Positions 49,944-62,099 of a stretch of 64,000 nucleotides of DNA are shown here, in pieces. The notes beneath the pieces are model-generated. The model was not told where the DNA came from, made no database searches, and saw nothing but the letters and a program-made list of their open reading frames with translations. The DNA lies in assembly GCF_036321535.1 (NCBI RefSeq), contig NC_087442.1, positions 60,388,001 through 60,452,000 on the forward strand. Direction: 5' to 3'. Position 1 is the stretch's first letter. Each line of letters opens with the position of its first letter. A program made the translations under genes and the position numbers. The stretch comes from Camelus dromedarius (lineage: Eukaryota).

Positions 49944-50639
49944 GTCTAGATCATGCAGCTATCTACATAATGGTGTCCCCCTGAAACAATTATTTATGGA
50001 GAACTGAGTTCTTGGCTCAATTCAGAAAATGGAGGATATAACCTTCCACATACTATTTCTGCTTTGGGGGGTTCTTTAGCTTCCATAAAAGAATGTGTAC
50101 CATCCTTCCCGCTCAATTATCTACCAAGGAGTGGAGGTCATACTTAACCTGGCAACACGGAAGAGCTACATAATATGATTCTGCCAGGCTACACAACCTT
50201 GTCCTCACTGCCTCAAAGCTGGATTGAGAGTTTTAATATTCAAGGAAGATTTCTTAAAGAACAAACAGTTCATCTACTCTTCTAGATAATATGTATTCTT
50301 GGGCCAAATCAGAGCCACAGAGAAACAGTTACCTAGATTACACCACGTCCTCCCACCAGCCACTTCCTGCAGAAGAACTTTCTTTTTCTGAATTGCTCTT
50401 TGAAAATATCAGTTAATCCAGAAAGTCTTTTTAAGAAGTGGTCCTAAGGCATTGCTACTTCTACTGTAAGGGAACTCTGACCAATAATAATAGTAGACTT
50501 CATTGCCACCAAGATGTTTGTATCTGATTTAGAATGAGGAATAATCATAAATCATATGAAAAACCCATGTGTTTTGCCTCAAGGACTCTATGAACTATAT
50601 AAATGGAAATGGTTCAACGTGACTAATAATAATACATGG

Positions 50640-51110
50640 AAGAGAAATGGGCACTCTCAACACACTAGGTGACATAAATTTCTATATCACCAAGAAAAGC
50701 CATTCTGGTGGCAACGTGGCATTAAGTACAAGTCCCCAGAATATTCACATTTTTTGATCTAATAGTTCCTAAGAGAATTTGTTTCAACATTTACTGCAAT
50801 ATTATTTTTAATAATTTAAAAAGACATGGAAACAAAGGAAATGTTCCAAAACAAGGAATTAAGTAAATTATAAAAGGTCCATAAGATGAAACAATGAATA
50901 AGCATTATTTATGGAAAAATATTTGATGACATGGGAAAATCCTAATAATACAATTTTAAGTATCACGACTAGGAATTTAACAGTATATATCATATAATTC
51001 CAAATAACATAATATTGGGATAATTAATACTGTCTTGGCATTTATAGAAATCTGTATTTTACAAAACTCTATAATGAACATAAGTTATTTTATTTAATAA
51101 AAACTTATTT
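50640..51110 (+). mobile_element. L1ME-like ORF2 end / 3'UTR
   Basis: gaaatgggcactctcaacac...gaaaaatatttgatgacatgggaaaat. Confidence 0.55.
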
Positions 51111-51499
51111 GAAAAGTACATTCACCTTGACACTGGTTTCACAAATATAAATTTGTCACAGGGAATTAAAAAGGTAAGTCGATATATTAGGCATATTAGG
51201 TATAACATCAGAACATATAGAATTGACCTATTTATAATACATCAAAATTGGAAATTATAAATAAAATTAGAAATTAGAAATCTGCAATTATCAACCTTGT
51301 TTCTCATGAATAGGAGAATATTTTTTCCAAGTGGTCAAGTCCCTAAGAGACTTGCAACCACAGAACAGTGGTTTTCAAGTCTCCGTACTTTAGGTTTATT
51401 GTGGACAGGTTGTAAATAATGACATACTTGTCTTCAACAATGAAGGATGATGCATAAAACAATGAAGAATAAAATGCCTGGGGACCCGCTCATCACTGT

Positions 51500-51920
51500 T
51501 GCTGTTTCACATGCTGGGGTTCTGAGAAGTTAATTTGGAAGAAGAGTCTATGTGGCTGTCTGCATTCGCCCTCTCAGGCTCCCCTGCGTGGGTCAGGTGG
51601 GTCAGACGGATGGCATGCTTCAGCAGCAGGAGAGAAGGGTCTTGGTAAATTATCACCCTTGCCCTCAGGCTACAGTTTTTAGCAGTGGCTGCATCTTACA
51701 AAGCTGCAGACATTGAATGGCCCTCCTTCAAAAAAGGTAATCTCCCTCCCTCTTTACCCATTAAGCCAAAGGATGGTAACAGCTTCCGGCTGCTGCCGGT
51801 CCCTGTGTACTGCACCATCCCTTGGTAGTTCTGTTAACTCTGTTCAAAGTTCATTTATTAAACTTTCTTCAATTAAACCACTTGGGTATATCATCTAACT
51901 CCTGTTGGAACCTTGTCTAT
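51500..51920 (+). mobile_element. ERVL LTR (LTR16-like), apparently solo
   Basis: 3' end tttattaaactttcttcaattaaaccacttgggtatatcatctaactcctgttggaacc resembles LTR16 R/U5 as recalled. Confidence 0.6.
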
Positions 51921-52297
51921 GTTGGGGGAAAAAAAAACAAACCTTAGAAATCACTGCCTTCGAGGAAAGCTTATCACCAGGTCTGGAAACTTTTATCAAA
52001 TTTTAAAAATAAAACCTCAACTTGTCACGAAAGCTGCACCTTTAAACTACAGCTTGAAATTATGGAAATGACAAGTTATAGACTGTCACTATGACAAATA
52101 AGCATTTAAACTAATGATTATGGAATGAGATCTATTTAACTTTTGTCTTGAAATTCAATGAGATTCAAGACAATCTTTTATTAAAAGGATTTCTTTTGAA
52201 AAATGATTATTCTTAATATACTTTTCAAACAAAAGCATATGCTTAATTAAATGAAATGGACAGCTATAGAAAAATATTTTGCAGCTTAGCAACCTAC

Positions 52298-52453
52298 CTC
52301 TTTGAACTTGTGACTGAGCTTGCTTGTGTCCAGGTCTGATGGGGAAAACATGTCCTCATTCTCAGGCAGCTCAAAGACTTCAATGGCCATGTCACCACCA
52401 GGAAGAATAGGTCCTACCTCATCCTCCTCTTCATCTGTGGCATAGTCTCCTGT
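52298..52453 (-). CDS. PPP1R9A: Neurabin-1 exon A (156 nt, phase 0/0): [52 protein letters not shown]
   Basis: Acceptor ctttcag|ACA, donor GAG|gtaggt; 52 codons matching neurabin-1. Confidence 0.96.
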
Positions 52454-53699
52454 CTGAAAGGAAGGGGATTTCAGAAATCTAGCTGTCCTTACCCAGGTGG
52501 AGGTGGTTTATTTTAAAATATTTTATAAAAGAGAAATAAACTATGACACCAAATGGTAAAAGGGTAAGTAGGCTTTTAAGTCAAGCATGCCTCATGCAGC
52601 CAATGTTATAAACAAACGTTAGTTCAAAGATCCAAAGTGACACATTTATGCTGTATTTAAGTGCATTTCTAAAAGTCTAACAGCCTCAGCAGTATCTTTG
52701 GTAAAGAAAAGTTATTTTCAATCTAAATATTTGATACTTATGTTGCTAAGAGAAATAAGTAATTCCTTTAAATTCCCACCACCTGTAATGAATAAGTCAT
52801 CCAATAAGGAGAAGTGGGGAAGGAGGAAGGGGAGATCAAAAGATTCACAGAGTTGGAACGGACCTTAATTAAGCCTTACAAAGGTAGAGGAGATTAATTC
52901 TCCTAAGCTTTAGGGTTCAATCAGATCGGCTTTTTTTTTTTTTTTGTAAACTAATGTGGTGGTTAACTAGTGACCTAAAGGTTAAACCGAAGTTTTCCAA
53001 CATACAGCCAACACAGGTGTACGCTTTGCCTGTACAGTACTACTTTGATAAATCTCAGCATTTTGTTATCACTGTTAAAAATTTTTTCACCTAAGATTCT
53101 AGATTTCCAGTTTTTCTTAAGAAAGCCAAAGATCTGCTGGACATAGGCACATTATGACATAACAACTGGCCAGAGTCAGCAGTGGCTGCCCCTTTACGTG
53201 GGTCGTGGACTTTCTAATACATGACAGCTTCCTTAACTCCATCATTCTCTGTTGCTAGCTTCATGCCCTCATGATACCCGCAGGCCCCTGTAGGTATCTG
53301 AGTTCATGACCCCTGGAATAAATATTCCTCCTCACTCCTCACTTCCTTAACATTATTAGAAAGTAGCTTCTCTCCTGGCAGCATCAGGCTATAACACTGT
53401 AACTCAAAGTAATTGTTTGAACTCTATACCTTATGATATAATTTAAAGATACATCACTGATTCACAGGGTTGGAAAACAAAGTTCATTTAATTCATCCCT
53501 GTTCTTTCAGGTAGAATTACATTTAATACATAACACAGAGGAATTCATATTGCCTTTAAAAATTTTCATAAATAGTGTACTGGGTGATCTATTCCTTTGA
53601 TTAAAGAGGCTAAACATCTGGTTGCTACTTTTTCTTTTGGTTCTACACTATATTCTTCTTGCTAAAGCTGAAACTGTATTTCCTTGACTGTTTGCACAT

Positions 53700-53930
53700 G
53701 AAGGAAATCCAGTCATTAACCTCAATGCCATAATTCCTAATCTCTGGAAGACCATTACCAAATTGCCAATCCAACTTCTCTTTTTCAAAGTAAAATAATT
53801 CTAGTTTCCTCATAGGTCTTATTCTCTGTAATTGTCTCTGTGCCTGGACTCTGACTTCTCTCCAAGTTCTCCACATTTCTCTTAAACTGCGGTGCCCAGA
53901 AGTAGACACAATTTCTACTAAGGAATTTGG
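53700..53930 (-). mobile_element. L3/CR1 LINE fragment
   Basis: Minus strand encodes CVYFWAPQFKRNVENLER, versus CR1 CVQFWAPHFKRDIDKLER. Confidence 0.72.
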
Positions 53931-55834
53931 GGGCCATTGACCGTGATGAACAAAGGTCCTCAGACTCTTCTTCCCCACATGGAGACTATTACCATGAAGA
54001 CTGTGATTCTGGGGGCATCTGTGTTTAGGAGTGAGCTCAGAATATTTCATACAGAGCAGTGATTTTCCAAACTGGTTATACATTAGTTAGAACTCCCTTT
54101 CCCCCCAAATATAATCAGAGATGCCTTGACCAAAAGGGAAAGAGGCAGATGGCCTCCATCTTGATCCTGTATAGCTCCTCAGTACCTGGAACCCTAGGAG
54201 TCCTTAGGAACCAGTATGAATATGTCTAAACTGTAAACACCATTCTGAGTGCCTTTGGCACTGGCAGGGGAAGGTAGCTGAACAGTGGGGGCTGGTTGGT
54301 TCCAGATCGCTTCCATTTGCTGGTATGATTAGATCCTACAAATCTTAAAAGGACTCTGATTCCAGACTTGGTATATTTTTTTTGGTGATATTCTGTAAAT
54401 TAATTCATCTCAAATATATATATATAAATATATATATATTTATAACTAATGGGTACTTTATAAATCCCAGTGATGTTAACAGGAATGTAGCAAGGCTGGC
54501 AAGTATACAATCTCAAGACACTTTGCTGAATGTTTCCATTTAGAGATACAAAACTATGTGCTGTTTTTAACTAGCAGCAAAGCCATGCCTTTATTACGAA
54601 GGCATATGCCAGGGGTACAAAATTCACTTCTATATCGAATCAATTTGATAATAACATGAATGACAATAAAATCTTAAGGTAAAATCTGATGACAATGTAG
54701 CACATTTGAAACGTAAGAGTTGAAACCAATAATTTGATGATTTTCCTTTGCCAGCTTGAAAATAAATACCTCTTCACCATATCTAAGGGAATGAATATAA
54801 ATATGTGCCTAGGAATGGGCCTGACATATAATAGGATCTTAAGAAATATTTTTTAAAAATCCAAGAATGGCAACTGCATTTACTTGGTAATATTTATAAC
54901 CTGCTAAGGAAGTTTTCAGGAACATCAAGAAAATGCACTGCAAAGTCGTTTGCTAAGAAGGTAGTATTCTGTCACAGTTTTTAACACTCCTTATAATGAA
55001 AATAGGCTTAGGGTATATACAATATAAGTAATTCTTACTTCTAAGCATAATTCTAGCTTTGTTATCCATTTGAGTTATCAAAACTATCTCCATAAATTTA
55101 AGTTATTCAGAATTCTTTTGATTATTTTATTTTTTACTTCTCCAGTCTCTCTCCTTCTCGATACCCAAATTACCTGCAATTCTGCTAAAATTCTTTGTAT
55201 CTTTCATTTCATCTTTCCATTTAGTAATGTTTTCTCTTTCTAATTAGACTTTAAAGCATCCTGAGGACAATATGTGTCTTTCATTGTCTTAATTCTACTT
55301 ATTACTTACTGGAGGCTTTGGATAGAGTGTTTAGAAACTTTCTGTTCCATTCTCTCTTGCTGATCTTTTACCATCCCCATCCTAAGTAGGCTTTAGAATA
55401 AATGATGCATTTACTACAGACCCTCATAAGTATCCAGAGGTTAAAATTTTACATTTAGTAGATTTAGAATATATGTTCTTCTGATTCTTTTTTCTTGGAC
55501 ATTACTTTGATGGTTAATCTGCAAATAAAATAAATTACATGGAATGATATGTTAGCAGAATTTCATAGGTCTCAAAATTAAATTGGATTGAATCTAACAT
55601 TCACAGAGGAAGATGGGCAATGTTGTACAAAAAATATTGCTACAACAAAGTATTTCCATTGTTATCTGGATCCTTCTCTTTTTGTCTCTTCATTCTGGAA
55701 AGATTCAGTATCTTTCAAGTAAACAGAGACTTTTGAAAGTTCTTTGTCCCAACCTGTAAATACAATTTAAATGAGGCAAGAATAGTTCTTCTAAATAGCC
55801 CCCTAAAAAGGGTAAAAAAAAAAAGAATAGTAAT

Positions 55835-55990
55835 TATCTGGTAACTTACTATGTGCCCAACACTGTACATTCCTTAAAAACTGTCTGATACAGGTATTAC
55901 CATGCCATGGTAATTTGAGGAAACTGAGGCTCAGAGACTGTACCCAGGTCAATTAGACATGTTGCTGAAGCTACACATCTAACATCTTTT
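55835..55990 (-). mobile_element. MIR fragment
   Basis: acttactatgtgcccaacactgt...gaggaaactgaggctcagaga. Confidence 0.62.
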
Positions 55991-56744
55991 AAAGCCCACG
56001 CTCTTTTCTCTCTGAGGCTGCTTGCACTATACAGACCTAAAGCTTTGCTGAAAAAAAGATGGAAATACATTCCTTTTATTTTTCACCAACCAAAAACCCT
56101 GGTGCATAATCCTGTTGTGTTGAGATTCACCCTCCACTTCTTTGAACATTATCATTCGGTTCTCTTTGAAGACTTGCACCTGCCTGCAGTGAGCTCCAAA
56201 GTTTTTGTCCTTTCTTTTCTCTCATGACATGCTCACCCTGGGCAAGTGCACAGAAGTCTCATATAAAACGTTTGGCTTCCAGGTACGCTGACTGATGTTT
56301 CATGCACTCTTTCTTACATAAACCAGACCAGTGCATATAATCTATAGAATTAATACAGTGTTTTAAAATGGATGAAAAAGATACTTGCAAGGCAAAATTC
56401 CTCTAGGGTTTTATGGTTTGTCTTTTTTACATTTCCTTCTCACATCTAATTTTCTTGAGATACCAGTCTTTACGGATTCTTCATAAAGCATTTTATCTTG
56501 TTTTCATAGACACAACATCCTTTATACTCATATTCCATCAGAGCATACAATATTTTATTAAAGTAAATAATTGCAATAATAAGTGCAGCTGACAAGTTCT
56601 GCCCTTTCAGGTGGTTCTGCTGGAAGCAGAAGTGTGTAGACAGATTAGAGCCCTGAATATTCAGCAGGGCTGTAGATCTCAGACTGGGTTTACAGAAGGA
56701 ACAGACAGTATCTGTCCTGGTTGTGAGTTAAGTGGAGAACAATT

Positions 56745-56940
56745 AAACAATCATGGTTTTGAAGTCATTTAGGCCTGGGTTCAAGTCCCAGCTCTTGATG
56801 GTGGAAAAGTTAGCTTTCAGATCTAAGTTTCAGTTTCCGCATCTATAAAGTAAGGATAAAAATAGTTCCTTAGTATAACAAGGTTGTCATGAGATTAACT
56901 TAGATGGTGGCTATAGAGTGTTAACACAAGATCACTGCTG
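56745..56940 (+). mobile_element. MIR SINE
   Basis: ggcctgggttcaagtcccagctc...cagtttccgcatctataaag. Confidence 0.68.
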
Positions 56941-57059
56941 GTACTCAGACTACAACAGCAATATGCTACAGCTTCACCAAATCGGTATCGTGTAACCAGA
57001 CATTTGCTAACTTTTGGTTTCATAAATATAATATCCTAGAAGACGTTATAAGCAAAATG

Positions 57060-57470
57060 GTCATTTCTGAAGTAAAACCCTTCCTTTCCCTAAACTTGCT
57101 CTTCTTGTATTCCCAGTTTTGGAGTAGGTACCAGCTTTTACTGAAGGCCAAGAAAACTTCCAGGCTTCTGTTCTAGCTTTTCGACCCCCCTCCTGCTGCA
57201 GTGGTCCAAGATGAGTATCCATCTACTTAGCACATCCTGTGAAGCTGCTGCCTTAAGGCTCTTCTAATCCACTCCTCTATGTTTCCATGACATGCCTTAA
57301 CATCACTCGTTAACACTTGGCTGTTCCTGTATCTGCCTCCTCCCAACAACTTCTTCTCACTCTAAGCTCCTTCAGAGTGCCAGGTATAATCTCTCCCTGT
57401 TATCCCAGTGTGGCCAGCACACTGCTTGGCATATTGTAGGCACTGAACAAATGTTTGCTGAATAAATTAA
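57060..57470 (+). mobile_element. L2 3' part
   Basis: ccagcacactgcttggcatattgtaggcactgaacaaatgtttgctgaataaattaa. Confidence 0.7.
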
Positions 57471-57541
57471 TACAGTTTTAGCCACATCTGCACAGCATAG
57501 CAGAGCCTGATTTTCCTGTTAATTCTCAGCTTTCAAGTAAG

Positions 57542-57729
57542 NNNNNNNNNNNNNNNNNNNNNNNNNNNNNNNNNNNNNNNNNNNNNNNNNNNNNNNNNNN
57601 NNNNNNNNNNNNNNNNNNNNNNNNNNNNNNNNNNNNNNNNNNNNNNNNNNNNNNNNNNNNNNNNNNNNNNNNNNNNNNNNNNNNNNNNNNNNNNNNNNNN
57701 NNNNNNNNNNNNNNNNNNNNNNNNNNNNN
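57542..57729. other. Assembly gap (188 N)
   Basis: Run of n. Confidence 1.
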
Positions 57730-58741
57730 CTGGAATTGAATTTGGTTATATATATTTTCAGACTCAGTTCTGTGGGAGAATAGAAGAGAGTTGCTTTTTC
57801 TCTGGAGGAGAAAGACCTCAAACTAACACTTCAATGTTTAAAATTCCTAAACCTGTGCCAACCATCCAGATGGCTTTCAGCAAAAGCACCCTCTTCTCTT
57901 TTTCCATTTTCTATCAGTTGACTTCTGTGTGTCCTGGTTTTGTCACATTAGGCCACTCAGTCTCTTTTGATGTCACCGGGGATATCAGCACCTTCTTCGT
58001 AAGGGTGTTGGGAGAATTTCCAGTAGTGATATATTCAACGTATTCATCACTTGCCTAGGATATGCTAAATGACCAGATGACTTTATGACTTTTGACTACA
58101 TTTATTTTCAACATCCCTGGTTTCTCTGGGACAATGCCACTGAGAGACCAGGGCCCCAGAGGAGAAAAAACAATGTCACAGTTGTAGGATAGCAGACAAG
58201 TCATTTAGCTTGTCTCTTCTATGATCTCCTCCTCCTATAAAGTAGTACAAAAGATACCAATCTCCAATAGGGTACTGAGAGGATTCAAAGAAATAAAATA
58301 TGTAAAACGTCCAGCATGATAGCTGGTCCAAGGTATTCATTTTTCTCATCGTTTATAAAGTCATTTAACATTTTCTTGTTCTCAGAATATTTTCTGATAT
58401 CTTGCTTCATTCTTACTGTCTAGTCACCAAATCAAGAAACATCTAAACATCTCTATCTAGATTACAGATATGGCCTCTAGTGTTCTCTGCCCTCAGGTCG
58501 CTGGTAATACTGCTGACAAATTATTCTTCCTAAAATTCTGATCAGAGAGATTTAAGATTCACCTATAAAATCTTTTATAACAATTCAAACTCACCTTTCA
58601 CTTCTTAAAATTTTCTAACAATTGAGGTAGACTATTCATAAATTAGAATTTAATTTTACAGAATTTTAAAGCTCCTTAGTTTACGCTCCACCCTTCCTTT
58701 TCAAAAGTGTACTCCTCAAAAGCAGAGACTATTTACCACTA

Positions 58742-59298
58742 TGATACGGAGGCTCTAAAATGACCCCTTAAGATCCTTTTTTTCTGGGTAATCATGCTCT
58801 CATATAATGTCTTCCCCTTGAATGTGGGCTGGATCTAGAGACTCCCTTCTAATAACTAGAATACAACAAAAGTGATGGGATGTCACTTCTGAGATTTGTT
58901 TACAAAAAGACTGTGACTGGCATCTCTTTTGTCCTCTTGTTCTTGAGAAACAAGCCACTATGTTGTATGTGGCCCTATGGAGAGGCTCACATCACAAGGA
59001 ACTGATGTTTCTGGCCAACAGCCAGCAAGGACCTGAGGCCTGCCAAAAGTCACATGAGGGAGCTTGGAAGTGGATCTTCTGTGTCCTGCCAACAGCTGCG
59101 AGTGAGCTTGGAAGCAGATCTTCCCCCAGGTGAGCATTTATATGACTGTAGCTCTGGCTGAAACCTCATTTTCAGCCTAGTGAGAGATCTCAAGTCAGAG
59201 GCATCCAGCTAAACTGACCTACAGATATTGTAATGTGTAAATATTTCTTATTATAAGTTGCTAAGTTTTGGTGGTAATTTGTTATACAGCAAGAGACA
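58742..59298 (+). mobile_element. MaLR LTR (MLT1E/F-like)
   Basis: agtgatgggatgtcacttctgagatt, ggccaacagccagcaaggacctgaggcc, gctaagttttggtggtaatttgttatacagcaa. Confidence 0.85.
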
Positions 59299-59751
59299 GG
59301 GGTACTGCCATAAGAAATATAAACAAACAGGGAAGTGGCTTTGGAAACAGGCAGTGAATGAAGGCTGGGAAGATTTTGAAGAGTATGCCTTGAACAGACT
59401 GTAAATGGAAATCTGGAAGGGGGAATCCTTGTTTGTAGTGGAGAAAGCTTAGTGACATTATCTCCTTCTGTAAGGAGAATGAAATATCCAGAGTGAACTG
59501 ACTGAACTAGCTAAGCAGATTTCCAAACAGTGTTGAAGGTGCTGCCCGATTTCCTCCTGCTGCTTACAGTAAAATCTGATGAATACAGATCATTTGAGAG
59601 GACTGTCAAACAGAAGGGAACGAAGACTTCCTGGTTCTGAAAGTCTTGATTCTCAAATTAAGAAATGGCTTCCAAACAGTATTCAAATTCAGGATTTGCT
59701 ATGGTCTAAAAATGAAGCAGAGTGTAACCATAAAATCTTTTGTTAAGAATT
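59299..59751 (+). mobile_element. MLT1 internal sequence, 5' part, truncated
   Basis: ggaagtggctttggaaacaggcagtg...gaactagctaagcagatttccaaacagtgttgaaggtgctgcc, directly after the LTR. Confidence 0.7.
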
Positions 59752-59954
59752 CTGAGCTTGGGAAACCCAAGTTTTTTGTAATGAGCAGTAAGCAAGTCTG
59801 TCACCTGCCCTAACGAGAGACACTATCTCTATTTTCCATACCTGGTCACTATACAAATATTATTGAAAAATAATTTGAAACAAAGGCCATTAGTGTCTCT
59901 GCTCACAAGACATGCAGAGAAATGAGGGACCCATGGGGGAACTGTCTCTCAACA
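59752..59954 (-). mobile_element. Truncated 3' LTR (U3 part) of the class III ERV, LTR40-like
   Basis: Begins TGTTGAGAGACAGTTCCCCCATGGGTC just after the purine tract AGAAATAAGGGTGGA; similar to LTR40 as recalled. Confidence 0.62.
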
Positions 59955-59974
59955 ATATCCACCCTTATTTCTAC

Positions 59975-60870
59975 ACGATTTTGGCATCTGAGGAATTTTC
60001 CCATGAGTATGACATTCCCTTGACTACACTGATCAGTGTTGCCCAGGGTTGCCAGGACAAATCTATTCAGTCTATCTTTCAGCATATAATTAAAGCTACA
60101 GATAAACAACAAGTTCATACTGTATAGCACAGGGAACTATATTCAATATCTTGTAGTAACTTATGGTGAAAAAGAATATGAAAACGAATATACGTATGTT
60201 CATGTATGACTGAAGCATTATGCTGTACACTGGAAACTGACAACGCTGTAAACAGACCATACTTCAATAAAAAAAATACACACACACACACCTACTATTA
60301 AAAGAACTCCAAGCAGCACAATGAGTCCAACTTGCAGATCAACCATATTCCCTAGGCTTTCAGACCCTACTGGCTAAACAAATTCCATAAACCATCAGAG
60401 TCTACCTTAGAAATCCAAGTAGATTTCTCCTTAAGCTACTTTACTGAGTTTTCCACTTTGCCTAAGGTATTAATCTAGGTATAGCATGAAGAATCAGTGG
60501 TCACACAGGCTAGGCATTGGACCACAAGGAGAAAATCTGGGGTTAGGGCAATTCTGTCGTTCATAACAACCCTGGCCAACAAGCTGAGGCTGATCTGAAT
60601 GCCTTCCAGGATTGAGCTGGTGTCACTGATCCCATCACCTAAAGTCCAGAACATTTTGAATCACCTTATCTAATTAAATGAGTCCAAACCTAAGAATAAT
60701 TGCCTGTAGAATGCATATCAGTCAGTCAGCAACCCCCAGGAAAGCAACCCTAAGTAACCAAGAATAGCTGCATTTTGGAGGGATCACTACTGTCATCTTA
60801 GAGCTACATGATCTAATAATTATGGTGTTTCTTTAAATATATGAAGGCCAATTACAACCACCCCTAAGGT
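59975..60870 (-). pseudogene. Decayed retroviral env (SU C-terminus and TM), gamma-type, interrupted by L1
   Basis: Single-frame ILEGIQISLSLLARVVMNDRIAL(TP)DFLL...CVTTDSSCYT*INTLGKVE...LKEKSTWISKVD (heptad, ISD, CX6C[C>Y]), then the hydrophobic anchor LQVGLIVLLGVLLIV|ALIIC. Confidence 0.85.
60100..60291 (+). mobile_element. Young 5'-truncated L1 3' end (camelid type) with A-tail and (CA)n
   Basis: ctgtatagcacagggaactatattcaatatcttgtagtaacttatggtgaaaaagaatatgaaaacgaata...catgtatgactgaagcatt; flanked by CTAC on both sides. Confidence 0.9.
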
Positions 60871-62030
60871 GCAGCTACATGAACAGCCCTAAGAGTTTGA
60901 TCAATTGCCATAATTTGTTTCTACAGTTTGCTATTCCAAACTTTAATCTGTCCGTCTGTAATTTTCCAAGTGACAGACCAAACAGGTCATTGATAACAGC
61001 TCAAAAATCAGTAAAAATGTAACAAGGTTCATCAAGGAAAGTACTGGCCAGAGTTATAAGTACGACCTTGAGTTCTGCCCACTGAGCAAGGTGACCATGT
61101 CCATTTTGGGGGCTGCAGAGCTGCTGCTAAGGTTGGAAAGCCTAGCAGGCAGAATTGGGCAGCTTAGCTGAACCATCAGTGAAACCAGTCCAGGCATTTA
61201 AGAAAATCTCTATGAAACGAAGGCTTCACTGATCTATCTAGAGGCCTTGTTTCAGGAGGTGTAGTAGCAGAGAAAGTTTACCCAAAATAAAAAAACTGCT
61301 ACTTGTTCACTTAAATCTATGATGCTGCTGGGCCAGCCTAGCAGCTTTCTTGAATCTATCATTTCCATTTGACAAGCAAGATTCGTTGGGCCCTTCCAAC
61401 CTTATTGGTCAGTGAAAACAAGCTGACCTATGTAACTCAGACTGAGAATATGAGGCCACAGAGTGACAAGGTCTCCACGGGTCAAGCCCTCAGTTTCAGT
61501 TTCCATAAGAGCTTAGTGGAAGGTTAATAGCTGCCCCATTCCCCCTTTCTTGGTTGCAGAATCAGGCATGCAGTTTTGTGATGGGAAATGGCCTGAGTAT
61601 TCTGGTAGCCATTAAGTGTTTAAATAAACTGTGATTCACACTTCTCTTCATGGGACTCTATAATTGTTTGTGCTGGAAGACCTGGGAGAAAACGGGGAGC
61701 GTGATCTATATATCCTACTATCATTGCTCTACATGTGGCAGTCTGAATGGGAGAATCTCCACTGGCATGAATGGGACGAAAAAGTGCAGGCATTCAGAAC
61801 AAATCCACTACAAATTTACCAATGGAAGCCGTAACAGCATTACATTCCATCTGTCCAAAGGGTTCCATTAACCCTTTAAAGGTCATTTTAGCTTCCCTTC
61901 CTGCTTCAGACTCTGCCCAAACCACATCAGCTGAATTGGAATATCCTTTCTCACTATGGGATCACGTGACATGGTGATTTATGGAGTCAGTATCCATAGA
62001 ACCATCAAGTTTGAGTGTTTCCCTCCCAAA
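60870..62030 (-). pseudogene. Decayed ERV-L-type pro/pol: protease, RT thumb/connection and RNase H; RT core and integrase missing
   Basis: MDTDS (~LDTGS); QLLTFH*ALMETE (~QLLACYWALVETE); NKVGRAQ..VKWK**I...AGP (~HKVGHAQ..IKWKWYI...AGP); AQWAELK..CYIFTDF*AV (~SQWAELR..LYTDSWAV). Confidence 0.85.
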
Positions 62031-62099
62031 GTTTCCCACCATGTTCAAAGGGTTCATATAGCATTTGGTCTCTCTGGAAGACAAAGAGATCCATCTCAG

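Noticed and set aside
51500-51920. LTR16-like LTR as a partner of the ERV-L internal sequence at 60-63 kb
   Set aside because: It is in the opposite orientation, ~8 kb away, and differs from the LTR adjoining the env.
54423-54444. 22-bp perfect palindrome
   Set aside because: It is low-complexity (AT)n, which is self-complementary by nature.
57519-57821. 100-aa ORF
   Set aside because: It is an artefact spanning the N gap.
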